DNA of 64,000 nucleotides from an uncultured delta proteobacterium (GCA_963826785.1 CAWGYD010000001.1:64001-128000), one strand, 5' to 3'; shown: positions 1-10,477, counted from the first letter of the stretch. Program-made: numbers and translations. The notes: a model not told the origin generated them from the sequence alone.

Positions 1-2738
1 TTGCGGGAGGGGGCCAGGGTGCTGCCGGCCGCGCAGGCCGCGGCGCTGGCCTCGGTGATGGATGTCGGGATGTCCTTGGGCCCCTGGAAAATGCCGCAGG
101 CGAATACGCCCGGGCGCGATGTATTCACCGGAGTGAAGGGATGGGTCTTGGCAAAGCGGTAATGGTTCAGATCGACATGGAGCCGGTTGGCCATTTCAAC
201 GGTTTCGGGCGGGACCTGCAGGCCAACGGACAGCACCACCATGTCGAAATCCTCCATCTGCAGCTCGCCGGCTTCATCCACGTACCGCAGCCGCAGGTTG
301 TCGTTTTCGATCACGTCAATGGTGTGAATCCGCGCTTTTTCAAACCGGACGCCGGACTGTTCTTTGGCCCGCAGGTAATATTTTTCATAATCCTTGCCGA
401 AGGTCCGGATGTCCATGTTGAAGATCACCGTGTCCAGACCGTGATCCACGTGCGCCTTGGCGATCATGGCCTCCTTGATGGCATACATGCAGCACACTGA
501 CGAACAGTAGCCGTTTCCGCACCGGTTGGTGTCCCGGGAGCCCACACACTGGAGCCAGGCGATCCGCTTGGGCTCGGTATGGTCCGAGGGCCGCACCAGG
601 TGGCCCATGGTGGGGCCGGAAGCGGACAATATCCGCTCGAACTGGGCGCTGGTCAGCACATTGGCGGCCGACAGGTACTTGTAGGTGTCCTCCAGCACGG
701 CGGGGTCGTAGGTTTCATTTCCGGGGCAGAGAATTACCGATCCGACGGGCAGGTCACGCTCCATCACCGTCTGTTCATGATCGACGGCGCCGGCCAGGCA
801 GGCTTTCACACACTGGTAACATTCGGAGCAGATGCCGCATTTCAGACAGCGATCGGCCTCGGACTTGGCCTCTTCCTCGTTGTACCCATAGGAGACCTCC
901 AGGAAATTGCATTCCCGGGCCTCGGGGTTCAGGCACCGGACCGGCACCCGGTCCTTGTGGGGTTCGCCCAGGGCATCCGGCTTTTCAAAGACCCAGTCCT
1001 TGTCCCGGCCTTCCCTGAGGTCCAGCCCATTGATGTAGCGGTGGATGCTTTCGGCCGCGGCTTTTCCAGAAGACACGGCATCCACCACCGACTTGGGCCC
1101 ATAGAAGGCGTCGCCGCCGGCAAACACCCATTCAAGCGAGGTCTGCAGGGTCTGCGGGTCCGCATCCAGCCCGCCCACCCGGGTCAAGGGGACGTTCTGG
1201 CCTTCAAAGTCGGAAGTGTGGGTCCCCTGTCCGATGGCGATGATCACGGTGTCCCCGAAAAAAGCCTGGCAGGCCGATTCATCGAATTGAGGGGAAAACC
1301 GCCCTTCTTCGTTGAACACGGCGGTGCAGGTCTTGAACTCGATGCCGGAAACCTTTTTGTTGTCGTTGATGAAAAAGGACTTGGGCCCGAACGAGTTGAC
1401 GATGTCGATGTCGCCTTCCAGCGCCTCTTCTATTTCATGTTCCCATGCCGGCATCTCCTCGCGCTTTTCCAGGCAGAGCATGGTCACATTTTCCGCCCCC
1501 TTGCGCTTGGCGGTCAGGGCCACGTCGATGGCCACGTTCCCGCCGCCGATCACCAGCACGTCTTTGCCGATGGAAACGTCTTTGCCCATTGCCGCGTCCC
1601 GGAGGAAATCCACCCCCTGGAGCACGCCCTCGGCATCTTCGTTCTCCACGCCGAGCTTCCGGCCGCTGTGCAGACCGATGGCCATGAAGACGGCGGCATA
1701 GCCGTCCGCCTTGAGGCTGTCGAAGGTGACATCCTGGCCGAAGGTGACCCCCGTCTGGATCTCTACCCCCATCTCCTCGATGGCCCTGATTTCATTTTTC
1801 AGGATGTCCCGGGGGAGCCGGTATTCAGGGATGCCCACGGCCATCATACCGCCGGCCACGGGCAGTTTTTCAAAAATGGTGACCCCGTATCCCCGCCTGG
1901 CCAGGCTATAGGCGGCCGCCAGGCCCGCAGGACCGGACCCGATCACGGCCACCTTTTCGGCGCGTTTTTCCTCGGGCACGGCGGGCATGAATGTTTCGCC
2001 CTGTTCGTTTTCCCAGTCCGCCAGGAAGCGGTGAAGTTCCCGGATAGCCAGCGGCTGATCGTAATCGCCCCGGGTGCAGACCCCTTCGCAGGGATGATGG
2101 CAGACCCGGCCGCAGACGCCGGGGAAGGGGTGCTCTTCCCGGAACAGTTCCACGGCCTCCTTGTATTTTCCCTGGTTGATCAGGGCGATATAGCCCTGGA
2201 TGCTGACGTGTGCGGGGCAGGTGGCCTTGCAGGGGGCGGTCCCGCGCTTGCTGATGGCATAGGCCCCCGGAATGGCCTGGGCGTATTTCTTGTAGGCGGC
2301 TTTCCGGCTGCCCATCCCCTTGTCCTGTTCGCTGGGAACCTCGATGGGGCACACCTTGGCGCACTCGCCGCAGGAGGTGCATTTGGAAAGGTCGATATAA
2401 CGGGGTTCCTGGCGGATATGGGCCTTGAAGTTGCCCGGTTCGCCGTCAAGCGTGAGCAGTTCGGTGTTGGTTAAAAGCTCGATATTCAGATGCCGGCCGA
2501 CCTCGACCAGTTTGGGCGAGATGACTCACATGGCGCAGTCGTTGGTGGGAAAGGTCTTGTCCAGCTGGGACATGATGCCGCCGATGGCGGATGTTTTTTC
2601 CACCAGGTATACATAATATCCGGAATTGGCCAGGTCGATGGCCGACTGCATCCCGGAGATGCCTGCGCCGACCACCATGACGGACCCCACCGGCTGGCTG
2701 CGTTCAGGGGTTTTCCCGGATTCTTTTGCCTGTTCCAT
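1..2738 (-). CDS. HdrA/HdrL-like heterodisulfide-reductase-type flavoprotein with inserted GltD-like NAD(P)H module; probable selenoprotein (in-frame TGA 2526-2528); runs off the window
   Basis: ATG 2738 with [19 protein letters not shown]...[28 protein letters not shown] continues in frame. Later motifs: [20 protein letters not shown]...[52 protein letters not shown]...[27 protein letters not shown]. Confidence 0.9.
2493..2510 (-). promoter_or_regulatory. Candidate bacterial SECIS hairpin of the HdrA/HdrL gene
   Basis: mRNA CUGGUCG-AGGU-CGGCCGG: 7-bp stem (two G-U pairs) with an AGGU loop, starting 16 nt after the UGA. Confidence 0.7.
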
Positions 2739-3209
2739 TCTTATCTCCTTGTGATGTTGCTGCCGTACATATCCATTCAGATCATGCAAGAGGTCACGCA
2801 TAAAGCGAACGCCGTTCATGATGCGGTGCGATCATTTCCTGGTCCGCAGAATAAAATACGCGTGTAAACGAATTCACCGCACGCCCGGATCGAAACATAT
2901 TTTTTATTTTAAAGTGCCAGATATGTCAATGATAATAATATAATATTCATCGGGTTTGTTTTGAGAAATGTCTCAAAAAACGAAAATAAGAAGAGATCAA
3001 TCGTCTTCAATCGATTTTCATAAATATATGCATGTTGTTTTTGAACCGGGACATAATAGAGGCCTGATCTATTTCTTGACAAGAATATATCACTTTGTGG
3101 CAGAATGGTCCGAGTTCTTCATGCATTTGGAAAGTGCTTATATCCTGAGTTGAATATGAAATATAACATCCGTTTCTACTTTGGCCAGATTCTATGGGCA
3201 TTTTAGTGT

Positions 3210-3239
3210 TTGACAGGGAATCGGGATTTTTTTTATAGT
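3210..3239 (+). promoter_or_regulatory. Sigma70-type promoter for the first surface-protein gene
   Basis: TTGACA (3210-3215), 18-nt spacer, TATAGT (3234-3239). Confidence 0.55.
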
Positions 3240-3297
3240 GCCAAAAAAGTCCCATTTTCTTTATCATGAGCACATACATCAAGCAGGAGAATGTCCC

Positions 3298-5763
3298 ATG
3301 AGCCAGAAAAGATTGAACAGATTCAAGCCATGTCTGATGGCCGGTGTCTTCACGGCCCTCTTTTTAATGTGCATTTCAGCGCCGCAGTCCGTCTATGGCT
3401 GAGGATCCAGCAATCTGACCGTGACTGTCAGTCCAGCAAACACCGGCCACGTCAAAGTCAATGGAACGGTTTATACGGGTTCATGCGGCTATAGCTCTGG
3501 TACCAAGCTAACCCTGGAGGGGGTTGCTTCCGAAAATTACAAGTTCGATCGGTGGGGCGGCGCCTTGAGCGGCAGCACCAATCCGACAACGCTTACTATG
3601 GATACCAGTAAAAGCGTTACTGCCTACTTCCGATTGAAGACCGAATCGGTCTCTCTGTCCGGTGCGAAAAACCTGATGGATACCCAAAAAGACCTGGTGG
3701 TTATCGATGTGAGGCCGGCCGCCGAATACAGCACCGCTCACATGTTGTGCGCCAGAAATTACATCTGGAATGCGGGGGCTAAAAATTTCACCACACCCCT
3801 GAATACGCTTAATTCCTTAAAATCTCAAAATATCCTGGTTTATGACCGCGATGGCACCAACAGCGACGATGCCGCCGACTATCTGGCCAACCAGGGTTTC
3901 AACTCGGTTTATTACATGACCAACGGTCTGGATGACTGGATGGCCGCGGGATACGAGACCTTTGCCACGGCCGCGGACAGCAGCATCTGCACCAGCCTTG
4001 CGCCCATGGCCTATGCCGGCACGGATGTGACGGTCAATGAAAATACCATGGTGACGTTGAGCGGTTCAGGGGCGGACCCGGACGGGGGTTCGGTACTTTT
4101 ATCTATTGGACCCAGGTGGAAGGGACCACCGTCGCCTTATCGAATCCCGCATCGGCAAAACCCACTTTTAGGGCCCCGGTACCATCCGGGGGAGATGACG
4201 AGTTGATTTTTCATCTCACGGTCAACCGATGACGAGGGCCAGAAAGATACGGACAGTGTCACCGTGAAGGTCTCCTGGATAAATGATCCGCCCACGGCGG
4301 TGGCAACGGCGGACAAAACCAATCCCCAGCCCGGGGACACGGTGACCCTTAACGGATTGGGATCTTCCGACCCGGAAAACGGGACCCTGACCTATAGTTG
4401 GGTGGCTACATCCGGTACTTTGATGATCAATCTATCAAACCCGAATTCAGCCAAACCTTCTTTTGTAGTGCCTCCGGGCACGTCTGCCGGCCGGTGGGTG
4501 GAATTTACGCTGACGGTAACCGACAACGGTGGCCCAAAGAGCGACATACAAAGTCAAAATCACGGTGGCCGGCAGTTCGAACCAGCCGCCGTCGGCCTGC
4601 GCGGGGGACAACAAGACGGTGGCCGAAGGAACCATGGTTCAGCTGGACGGCTCCTGCTCCACGGACCCGGATGACGGAATAAAGCAGTATACTTGGGCGC
4701 AGACCGGCGGGCCGTCGGTGTCGCTGTCTAACATTCATGCGGTTAAACCCACCTTTACCGCGCCGCAGGTAACCCAGAACACCGCCCTTAATTTCAAACT
4801 GACGGTTCAGGATAACGGCGGCCTGACCCACAGCAAACGGTTACGGTAACGGTCACGGACAGCGGCGGCACCTCCGGTACTCCCGCCCCCCCGAAAAATG
4901 TTTCCGCAACGGACAACACGCTTGCAGGCAGGGTTCGCATCGCCTGGGCAGCCTCATCAGGGGCTCAGTCATATGATGTCTACCGAGCAGACATGCCGGC
5001 CTGGACGGGGGCGGTGCTCAGCCGAATTGCTTCGTCGGTAACCGGGACCTCCTATGACGACATCACGGCAAAGTCCGGCAGCCTTTATTATTATTGGGTC
5101 AGGGCCCGAAATGCCAAGGGGATGAGTAAATTCAGCGCTTTTGACACCGGATTTTTTGGGGCCACCGGCAAATCGCCCGCCCGGCCGACTGAAGTCGAGG
5201 CCAGTGAAAACAGTAGTGCCAACAAGGTGACCATCACCTGGAAGGGGTCTGCCGAAGCCTTGGTATACGAGGTCTACAGAGCGGATATCCCGGTGTATCT
5301 GGGTGGAAAAATAAAAAAAATCGCCACCGTCAAGACGCTCACTTATGATGATGCCACCGCGGCCGCGGGCAATCGGTATTATTATTGGATTACCGCCCGC
5401 AATTCCTGGGGGATCAGTCATTACAGCCTTTTTGATACGGGATATTGTTGCGGGCCGGCCCAGTCGCCCCCCGATTCGCCTGCAGGCGTGACGGCCAGCA
5501 AGGGAACGGTAGCGGGCAAAGTCCATATTTCATGGAATGCCTCCGCCAAAACGACCGTTTATGAAATCTGGCGAGCCAACAAACCGGGCAGTCAGGGAGG
5601 CAGGCCGGTTCGCATCGGTAAGGTGGACAGCAATACCTTTTCATTCGATGATAATTTATTGTCCTGTAACGTAAATTATTTTTATTGGGTAACTGCCCGA
5701 AACCCATGGGGCGTGAGTCGTTATAGCAAGTATGCTACCGGGTACTGTGGTTCGCTGCCCTGA
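3298..5763 (+). CDS. Secreted multidomain protein A: signal peptide, in-frame TGA (putative Sec35), InlB-B-repeat-like domain, Asp-type rhodanese domain, 3 PKD/K319-like Ig repeats, 3 Fn3-like repeats; 4 apparent frameshifts
   Basis: AGGAG 8 nt before ATG 3298. MSQKRLNRFKPCLMAGVFTALFLMCISAPQSVYG-TGA(3400)-GSSNLTVTVSPANTG...YKFDRWGGALSGSTNP. Rhodanese VIDVR...LVYD...GLDDW; AG.D.TV.E...V.L.G repeats; YYYWV.ARN repeats. Frame changes near 4100, 4224, 4540 and 4835. Confidence 0.75.
3415..3431 (+). promoter_or_regulatory. Candidate SECIS hairpin, protein A
   Basis: CUGAC-CGUGACU-GUCAG beginning 13 nt after the UGA at 3400-3402. Confidence 0.6.
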
Positions 5764-5838
5764 TTAACCTTTGGTTAGGGCGCAGACAACCAGAAAATAA
5801 TTAATAATTGAATACAAACCGATCACTTTAGAGAGACA

Positions 5839-5876
5839 AATTCCCTGCGGGCACATGCACGCGGGGAATTTTTTTT
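5839..5876 (+). terminator. Rho-independent terminator
   Basis: AATTCCCTGCG...CGCGGGGAATT stem followed by a T run, downstream of the stop at 5763. Confidence 0.75.
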
Positions 5877-6202
5877 GCCGCATCAAAGGAAATCGGCGAA
5901 ACTTTCTTTCTGGCTTAAAAATTGCATCTTTATACCGCCTATAGTGGATGCGCTAAATCCCATTCATCGCAATTGAGCTGTCGGCTTCATTCAAGCAATT
6001 TGCGGGGGAATCGGGTTTTTTTTATTGACAAGTGCCTGCTACAGTGTGGCAGTATCACAAACTGATATGGTTGCAAATTTTGACAAGACCGTATTCAAAA
6101 GAGGACACTTTTATCATTGGCGCGGTAATCTGTTTGTTCTAACGGGATGAGCAGTTATCGCATTTATTGGTAATCTTATGTACCAGGAGACAGTAATTGA
6201 AG

Positions 6203-9200
6203 ATGTTTGCAAATTCCGCTTCACCTTTCCGTTTCGCTTTCAAGGCATGCTGCCTGATCATGTTCACAGTGACGGCCCTGACCCTCTCTATTCCTGCACC
6301 CGCAGGCGCCGGCTGAGGCGGCCTGGCGCTGACCGTGGATGTCAGCCCCGCAAGGGCCGGTAAAATCAAGATCACTTACATAGACAGCAACCTGGTCACA
6401 AAGGTCTTAATCCCGACCAGTTATCCATCCGAAACCTACACTTGTATCAATTATGGCAGCACGGTCATACTGGAGGCGACGCCCTCGTCAGGGTACCGCT
6501 TCGATCACTGGGGCGGATCCGTTACCGGCAGCACAAATCCGGTGAAATTCGTGCTCAAGGAAGCCAGAGAGATCACGGCCTATTTTACCGGAAGCGCAAC
6601 CACTTCAATTACGGCGAACGCCGGGCCCGACCAGAACGTCAGCGAGAACCAGCAGGTGACCCTCAATGGAACAGGGTCGACCGGAACCATTTCTCGCTAC
6701 AGCTGGACCCAGACAAGTGGTCCGACGGTGGCGCTTTCAGGTTCTACATCCAGCCGCCCCACCTTTACCGCACCCTATGTGCAGGAGGGCGGAGCAACCC
6801 TCACCTTTCGCCTGACGGTGAGCAACAACCTGGGCCAGACAGATACCGACAGCGTCAACGTGCATGTGGCCTGGCAGGATCAGCTGACCGCATCCGCCGG
6901 ACCCGACCAGAGCGTCAGCGGGGGGCAGCAGGTGACCCTCAATGGAACCGGATCGACCGGAACCATTGCCCGCTACAGCTGGACCCAGACAAGCGGCCCG
7001 ACCGTTGTTCTTTCGGGTTCCACATCCAGCCGCCCCACCTTTACCGCACCTTATGTGCAGGCAGCCGGGGCAACGCTTACTTTTCTGCTGACGGTGAGCG
7101 ACAATCTGGGCCATACAGACTCGGACAGTGTCAATGTGCGTGTCGCTTCGCAGAATCTGAACCTGGCGGCAGCGGCCGGACCCGATCAGTCCGTCGAATC
7201 CGGTGCAACCGTTGTCCTGGATGGATCAAACTCCTCGCCCCAGAGCGACATCGTCTCATATCAATGGGTGATGATCGACAACAACTTAAACCTTTCCGGC
7301 ATCGATCTGACCAGCAAGTGGGGAGAGGGAATGGTGTCTTTTCTGGCACCCGAGCAGAGCGGTTGGATTGAATTTGAACTGACTGTCAGCGGTGTGGACG
7401 GCAGCAGCGACAGCGACACGGTTGTGGTCACGATCACTCAAACCAGCGGCGGCAGCGGGCTCGCAGCGAATGCCGGATCGGACCAGGCCGCCCTCATCGG
7501 GACCATGGTCATGCTCGATGGATCCGGTTCCCAGGGGGACAACCTGCAATATCAGTGGCGTTAGATCCCCGAAGCCACGGTCACCTTGTCCGGGGGAAAT
7601 GAATGGACGGGGATTTCCCTGCAGAAAACCCCGACTTTTACCGCCCCTGAAACCGGGCAGCCGCAGCAAACGCTGACCTTTGAGCTGAAGGTGAAAGATA
7701 CGGTCAGCGGACAGACGAGCATCGATACCGTGGATATCCTGATCAACAGCCAGGCTTACGTGGACAGCAATGCATCGCCGACCGCAGATGCGGGTCCGGA
7801 TCTTCAAGTCGCCCCCGGTGCGGTGGTAAAGCTTGATGCAAGCGGTTCCACAGATCCCGAAAACAGGATCATCTCCTATCTCTGGACGGTCCAATCCGGT
7901 TCGGCTGCTATCCGGCTGTCGGATGACAAGGCAATCGACCCGGTCTTTACGGCGCCGGCTGCATCCGGTTCGGCTGAATTCAAGTTGACCGTCATCGATG
8001 ATGCCGGAAAAAGCGATACGGACATGGTGACGGTCGACTGGGCCAATCAACCGCCCTCCGCGAACGCGGGAACGGATCAGACAGTTACCGAAGGAAGCAT
8101 GGTGACCATGGACGGTTCGGGTTCCTCGGATATCGATGACGGCATCGTCTCCTATGAATGGGTCCAGACAGGGGGCCTTTCCGTCGCGCTCACGGGTAAA
8201 GACACCGCCCAACCCACTTTCAGTGCGCCGATGATCACCACCGGGCAAACGGCGGCATTGTCCTTCCGCCTGACGGTTAAAGACCGCCTCGGACAGTCGG
8301 ATACGGACCAGGTGATTGTCACCGTCACCCGGGACGGTATGCCGCCAATCGCAGATGCGGGTCCGGACCGCACGGTCAACGAAGGCGATGTCATTGAGCT
8401 TGACGGGACGGAATCCATGGATCCGGACGGAAATATCGTCAGCTATCAATGGAAACAGGTTCACGGCCCGGTGGCCGGGATTTCAGACGAAACATCCGCA
8501 AAAGCCTCCTTTATCGCCAGGCGGTCAGGGTGGACCAGCTACCGCTGACCTTTGATTTGACGGTAGTGGACAACGAGGGACTGAGTTCTTCAGACCGGGT
8601 GATCATCACCATTGTCAATGTGGGGGAATTGCCCGTGGCGAATGCCGGGGAGGACCAGGCGGTTTACGAGCGTAAAACCGTCACCCTGGACGCATCCCGG
8701 TCAAAAGACAGGGACGGCCTCATCGAGCGGTATAAATGGAGCCAGATCACCGGTCCCACCGTCGTCTTTTCGGATTCCGAGGCCATGCAGCCCACCTTTG
8801 ACGCTCCCATCATCGGGGAAAATCCGGTGGATCTCGAATTCCAGCTCATGGTCGAGGACAACGACGGACTCAAAGGATTCGACCGGGTGAAGATCACCGT
8901 GAACCCGACCACCCAGGCCCCTGTGGCCGATGCAGGCCCGGATCAGACCGTGAAAGAAGGGGAAACAGTGGTCCTCGACGGGTCGGGATCTTCGGATCCG
9001 GATGACGGGATTATCAGTTATAAATGGACCCAGGCGGCCGGTTCGGTCACGGTTGAACTTTCCGACGAAACCGCCCCGCAGCCGACATTTGAGGCCCCGA
9101 AAATTAGCGGCGAAGACGTTGCGCTGAGCTTCAAGCTGGTGGCAGAGGATTTCAGCGGTCAGCAGGGGGTGGATACGTGTGGTCACCGTCACCGATAAAT

Positions 9201-9250
9201 CCGATGGCGGAGGCGGCGGCGGATGCTTCATCTCGACTTTGATGGAGTAA
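6203..9250 (+). CDS. Secreted multidomain protein B: signal peptide, in-frame TGA (putative Sec), InlB-B-repeat-like domain, about 9 PKD/K319-like Ig repeats, C-terminal GGGGGG-CFI tail; internal TAG and 2 apparent frameshifts
   Basis: AGGAG 6185-6189; start is ATG 6203 or TTG 6197. MFANSASPFRFAFKACCLIMFTVTALTLSIPAPAGAG-TGA(6314)-GGLALTVDVSPARAG...YRFDHWGGSVTGSTNP. Repeated ANAGPDQ.V...V.LDGS units. In-frame TAG 7562-7564; frame changes near 8518 and 9178; ends DKSDGGGGGGCFISTLME-TAA. Confidence 0.75.
6328..6346 (+). promoter_or_regulatory. Candidate SECIS hairpin, protein B
   Basis: GCUGAC-CGUGGAU-GUCAGC; the CUGAC arm starts 13 nt after the UGA at 6314-6316, the same spacing as in protein A. 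Confidence 0.6.
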
Positions 9251-9290
9251 ATGAAGTTTAGCCGCTTGGTCTTTTATTCATGATGATCTG

Positions 9291-9333
9291 AGCGTCCCTG
9301 CCGGGAAGAACTTCCGGCAGGGACGCTTTTTTT
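9291..9333 (+). terminator. Rho-independent terminator between convergent genes
   Basis: AGCGTCCCTGCCGG...CCGGCAGGGACGCT followed by a T run. Confidence 0.8.
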
Positions 9334-10447
9334 ATCGGCTATAAAATCTGGCGAATCCCGGGGTCATGGATTCCGCTATGGCGCCGTCGTCCTGTTCATA
9401 CAGGATGAGCGCCTCGATCCCCAGTTTCTGAGCGATGGCAAGGCCACCGGCGCGGCCGGCAACCGTGATGGCGGTGGCTGCGCCGTCCAGAAGGGCATTG
9501 GAAATCGCCGGGTCAATGGTCAGGGTGGTGACCCCCAGGATTTTTTCCGGGACCGGTTTGCCGGTTTCGGGGCTGAAGATGTGGTAGAATGCGTATCCCT
9601 GAATCATGATGGGCTGCTCATAATTGCCGCTGGTGGAAACCCTGAGCACGCCGGTGTGGCTGACGATGCCATAGACGGCATCGGGGTCCATGGGGTGCTG
9701 AATCCCGATGCGCCAGGGTTTGCCCTGGTTGTCCCCGAAAGCGGCCACTTCGCCGCCCAGCTGGATGATTCCGGCCGCGGCCCCGTTTTTTACCACCACT
9801 TGCCGCACCCGGTCCACCGCATATCCCTTGGCGATCCCGCCGAAATCAAACATGATGTTCGCATTGTCCAGATCGACATGGCCGTTCGACAGATGAACGT
9901 GCGAAAAACCCGTATCCTGCAGGGTGCTTCGGATTTGGCGCTCGGAAGGCACCTGCTGTTTTTTTTCGGCCTCCTGCCAGAGGCGCTTGATGGGCATCAT
10001 GGTGGGATCGAACAGCCCCCCGCTTTCCCGCCACAATCGATCCGACAGCGACAGCAGGGCGTACAGATCGCTTGAAATTTTGAAGCTGCCGGTTTCATGC
10101 GCGGCATTGAGTTTTGCCAGTTCAGAAGCGGGGTCAAACGGATTGACTATTTTGCCGATCCGGGAAAATTCCAGCCAGGCCTTCCCGGTCAACGCCTTGG
10201 CCTTCTGCGGTGAGGCGCCTGGGAGATAAAGGCGCACCCGGGCGGGAATTTGGTAGTAGATCGCCTGACGGCTTTCCCACCATCCGGGAGAGACTTCCTG
10301 CGGATTGATGTCCACATCGCTTTGCTTCGGCGCATTCGCCGTGCTTTTCGGCCCTGCGGGAGACCAACGGGTATGGACCCCCCAGGAGATGACGACGGCC
10401 GTCAATCCAATGAAAAAAAACAGCGGTATCCAGCTTGCCTTCTGCAA
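9332..10447 (-). CDS. apbE: FAD:protein FMN transferase (ApbE family)
   Basis: SELAKLN, SGGLFDPT, FDFGGIAKGYAVD, STSGNYE, YHIFSPETG; N-terminal TM helix; TTG start with GGAGG. Confidence 0.9.
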   Translation of the reverse strand: MQKASWIPLFFFIGLTAVVISWGVHTRWSPAGPKSTANAPKQSDVDINPQEVSPGWWESRQAIYYQIPARVRLYLPGASPQKAKALTGKAWLEFSRIGKIVNPFDPASELAKLNAAHETGSFKISSDLYALLSLSDRLWRESGGLFDPTMMPIKRLWQEAEKKQQVPSERQIRSTLQDTGFSHVHLSNGHVDLDNANIMFDFGGIAKGYAVDRVRQVVVKNGAAAGIIQLGGEVAAFGDNQGKPWRIGIQHPMDPDAVYGIVSHTGVLRVSTSGNYEQPIMIQGYAFYHIFSPETGKPVPEKILGVTTLTIDPAISNALLDGAATAITVAGRAGGLAIAQKLGIEALILYEQDDGAIAESMTPGFARFYSR

Positions 10448-10477
10448 TGGTCCTCCAATCCAGGTGCCCGGATGTAC

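Noticed and set aside
579..2474. 631-aa plus-strand ORF and similar long antisense ORFs (e.g. 20545-22296, 32662-33966, 60311-61510)
   Set aside because: They are antisense shadows of well-supported genes in GC-rich DNA and have no recognisable motifs.
6610..7145. Near-identical 270-nt direct repeats as a CRISPR array or mobile element
   Set aside because: They are in-frame duplicated Ig/PKD domains of protein B.
7195..7212. SGAT in protein B as an ApbE flavinylation site
   Set aside because: It is at the ordinary V.EG.TV.LDG position of the Ig repeat and lacks FMN-binding domain context.
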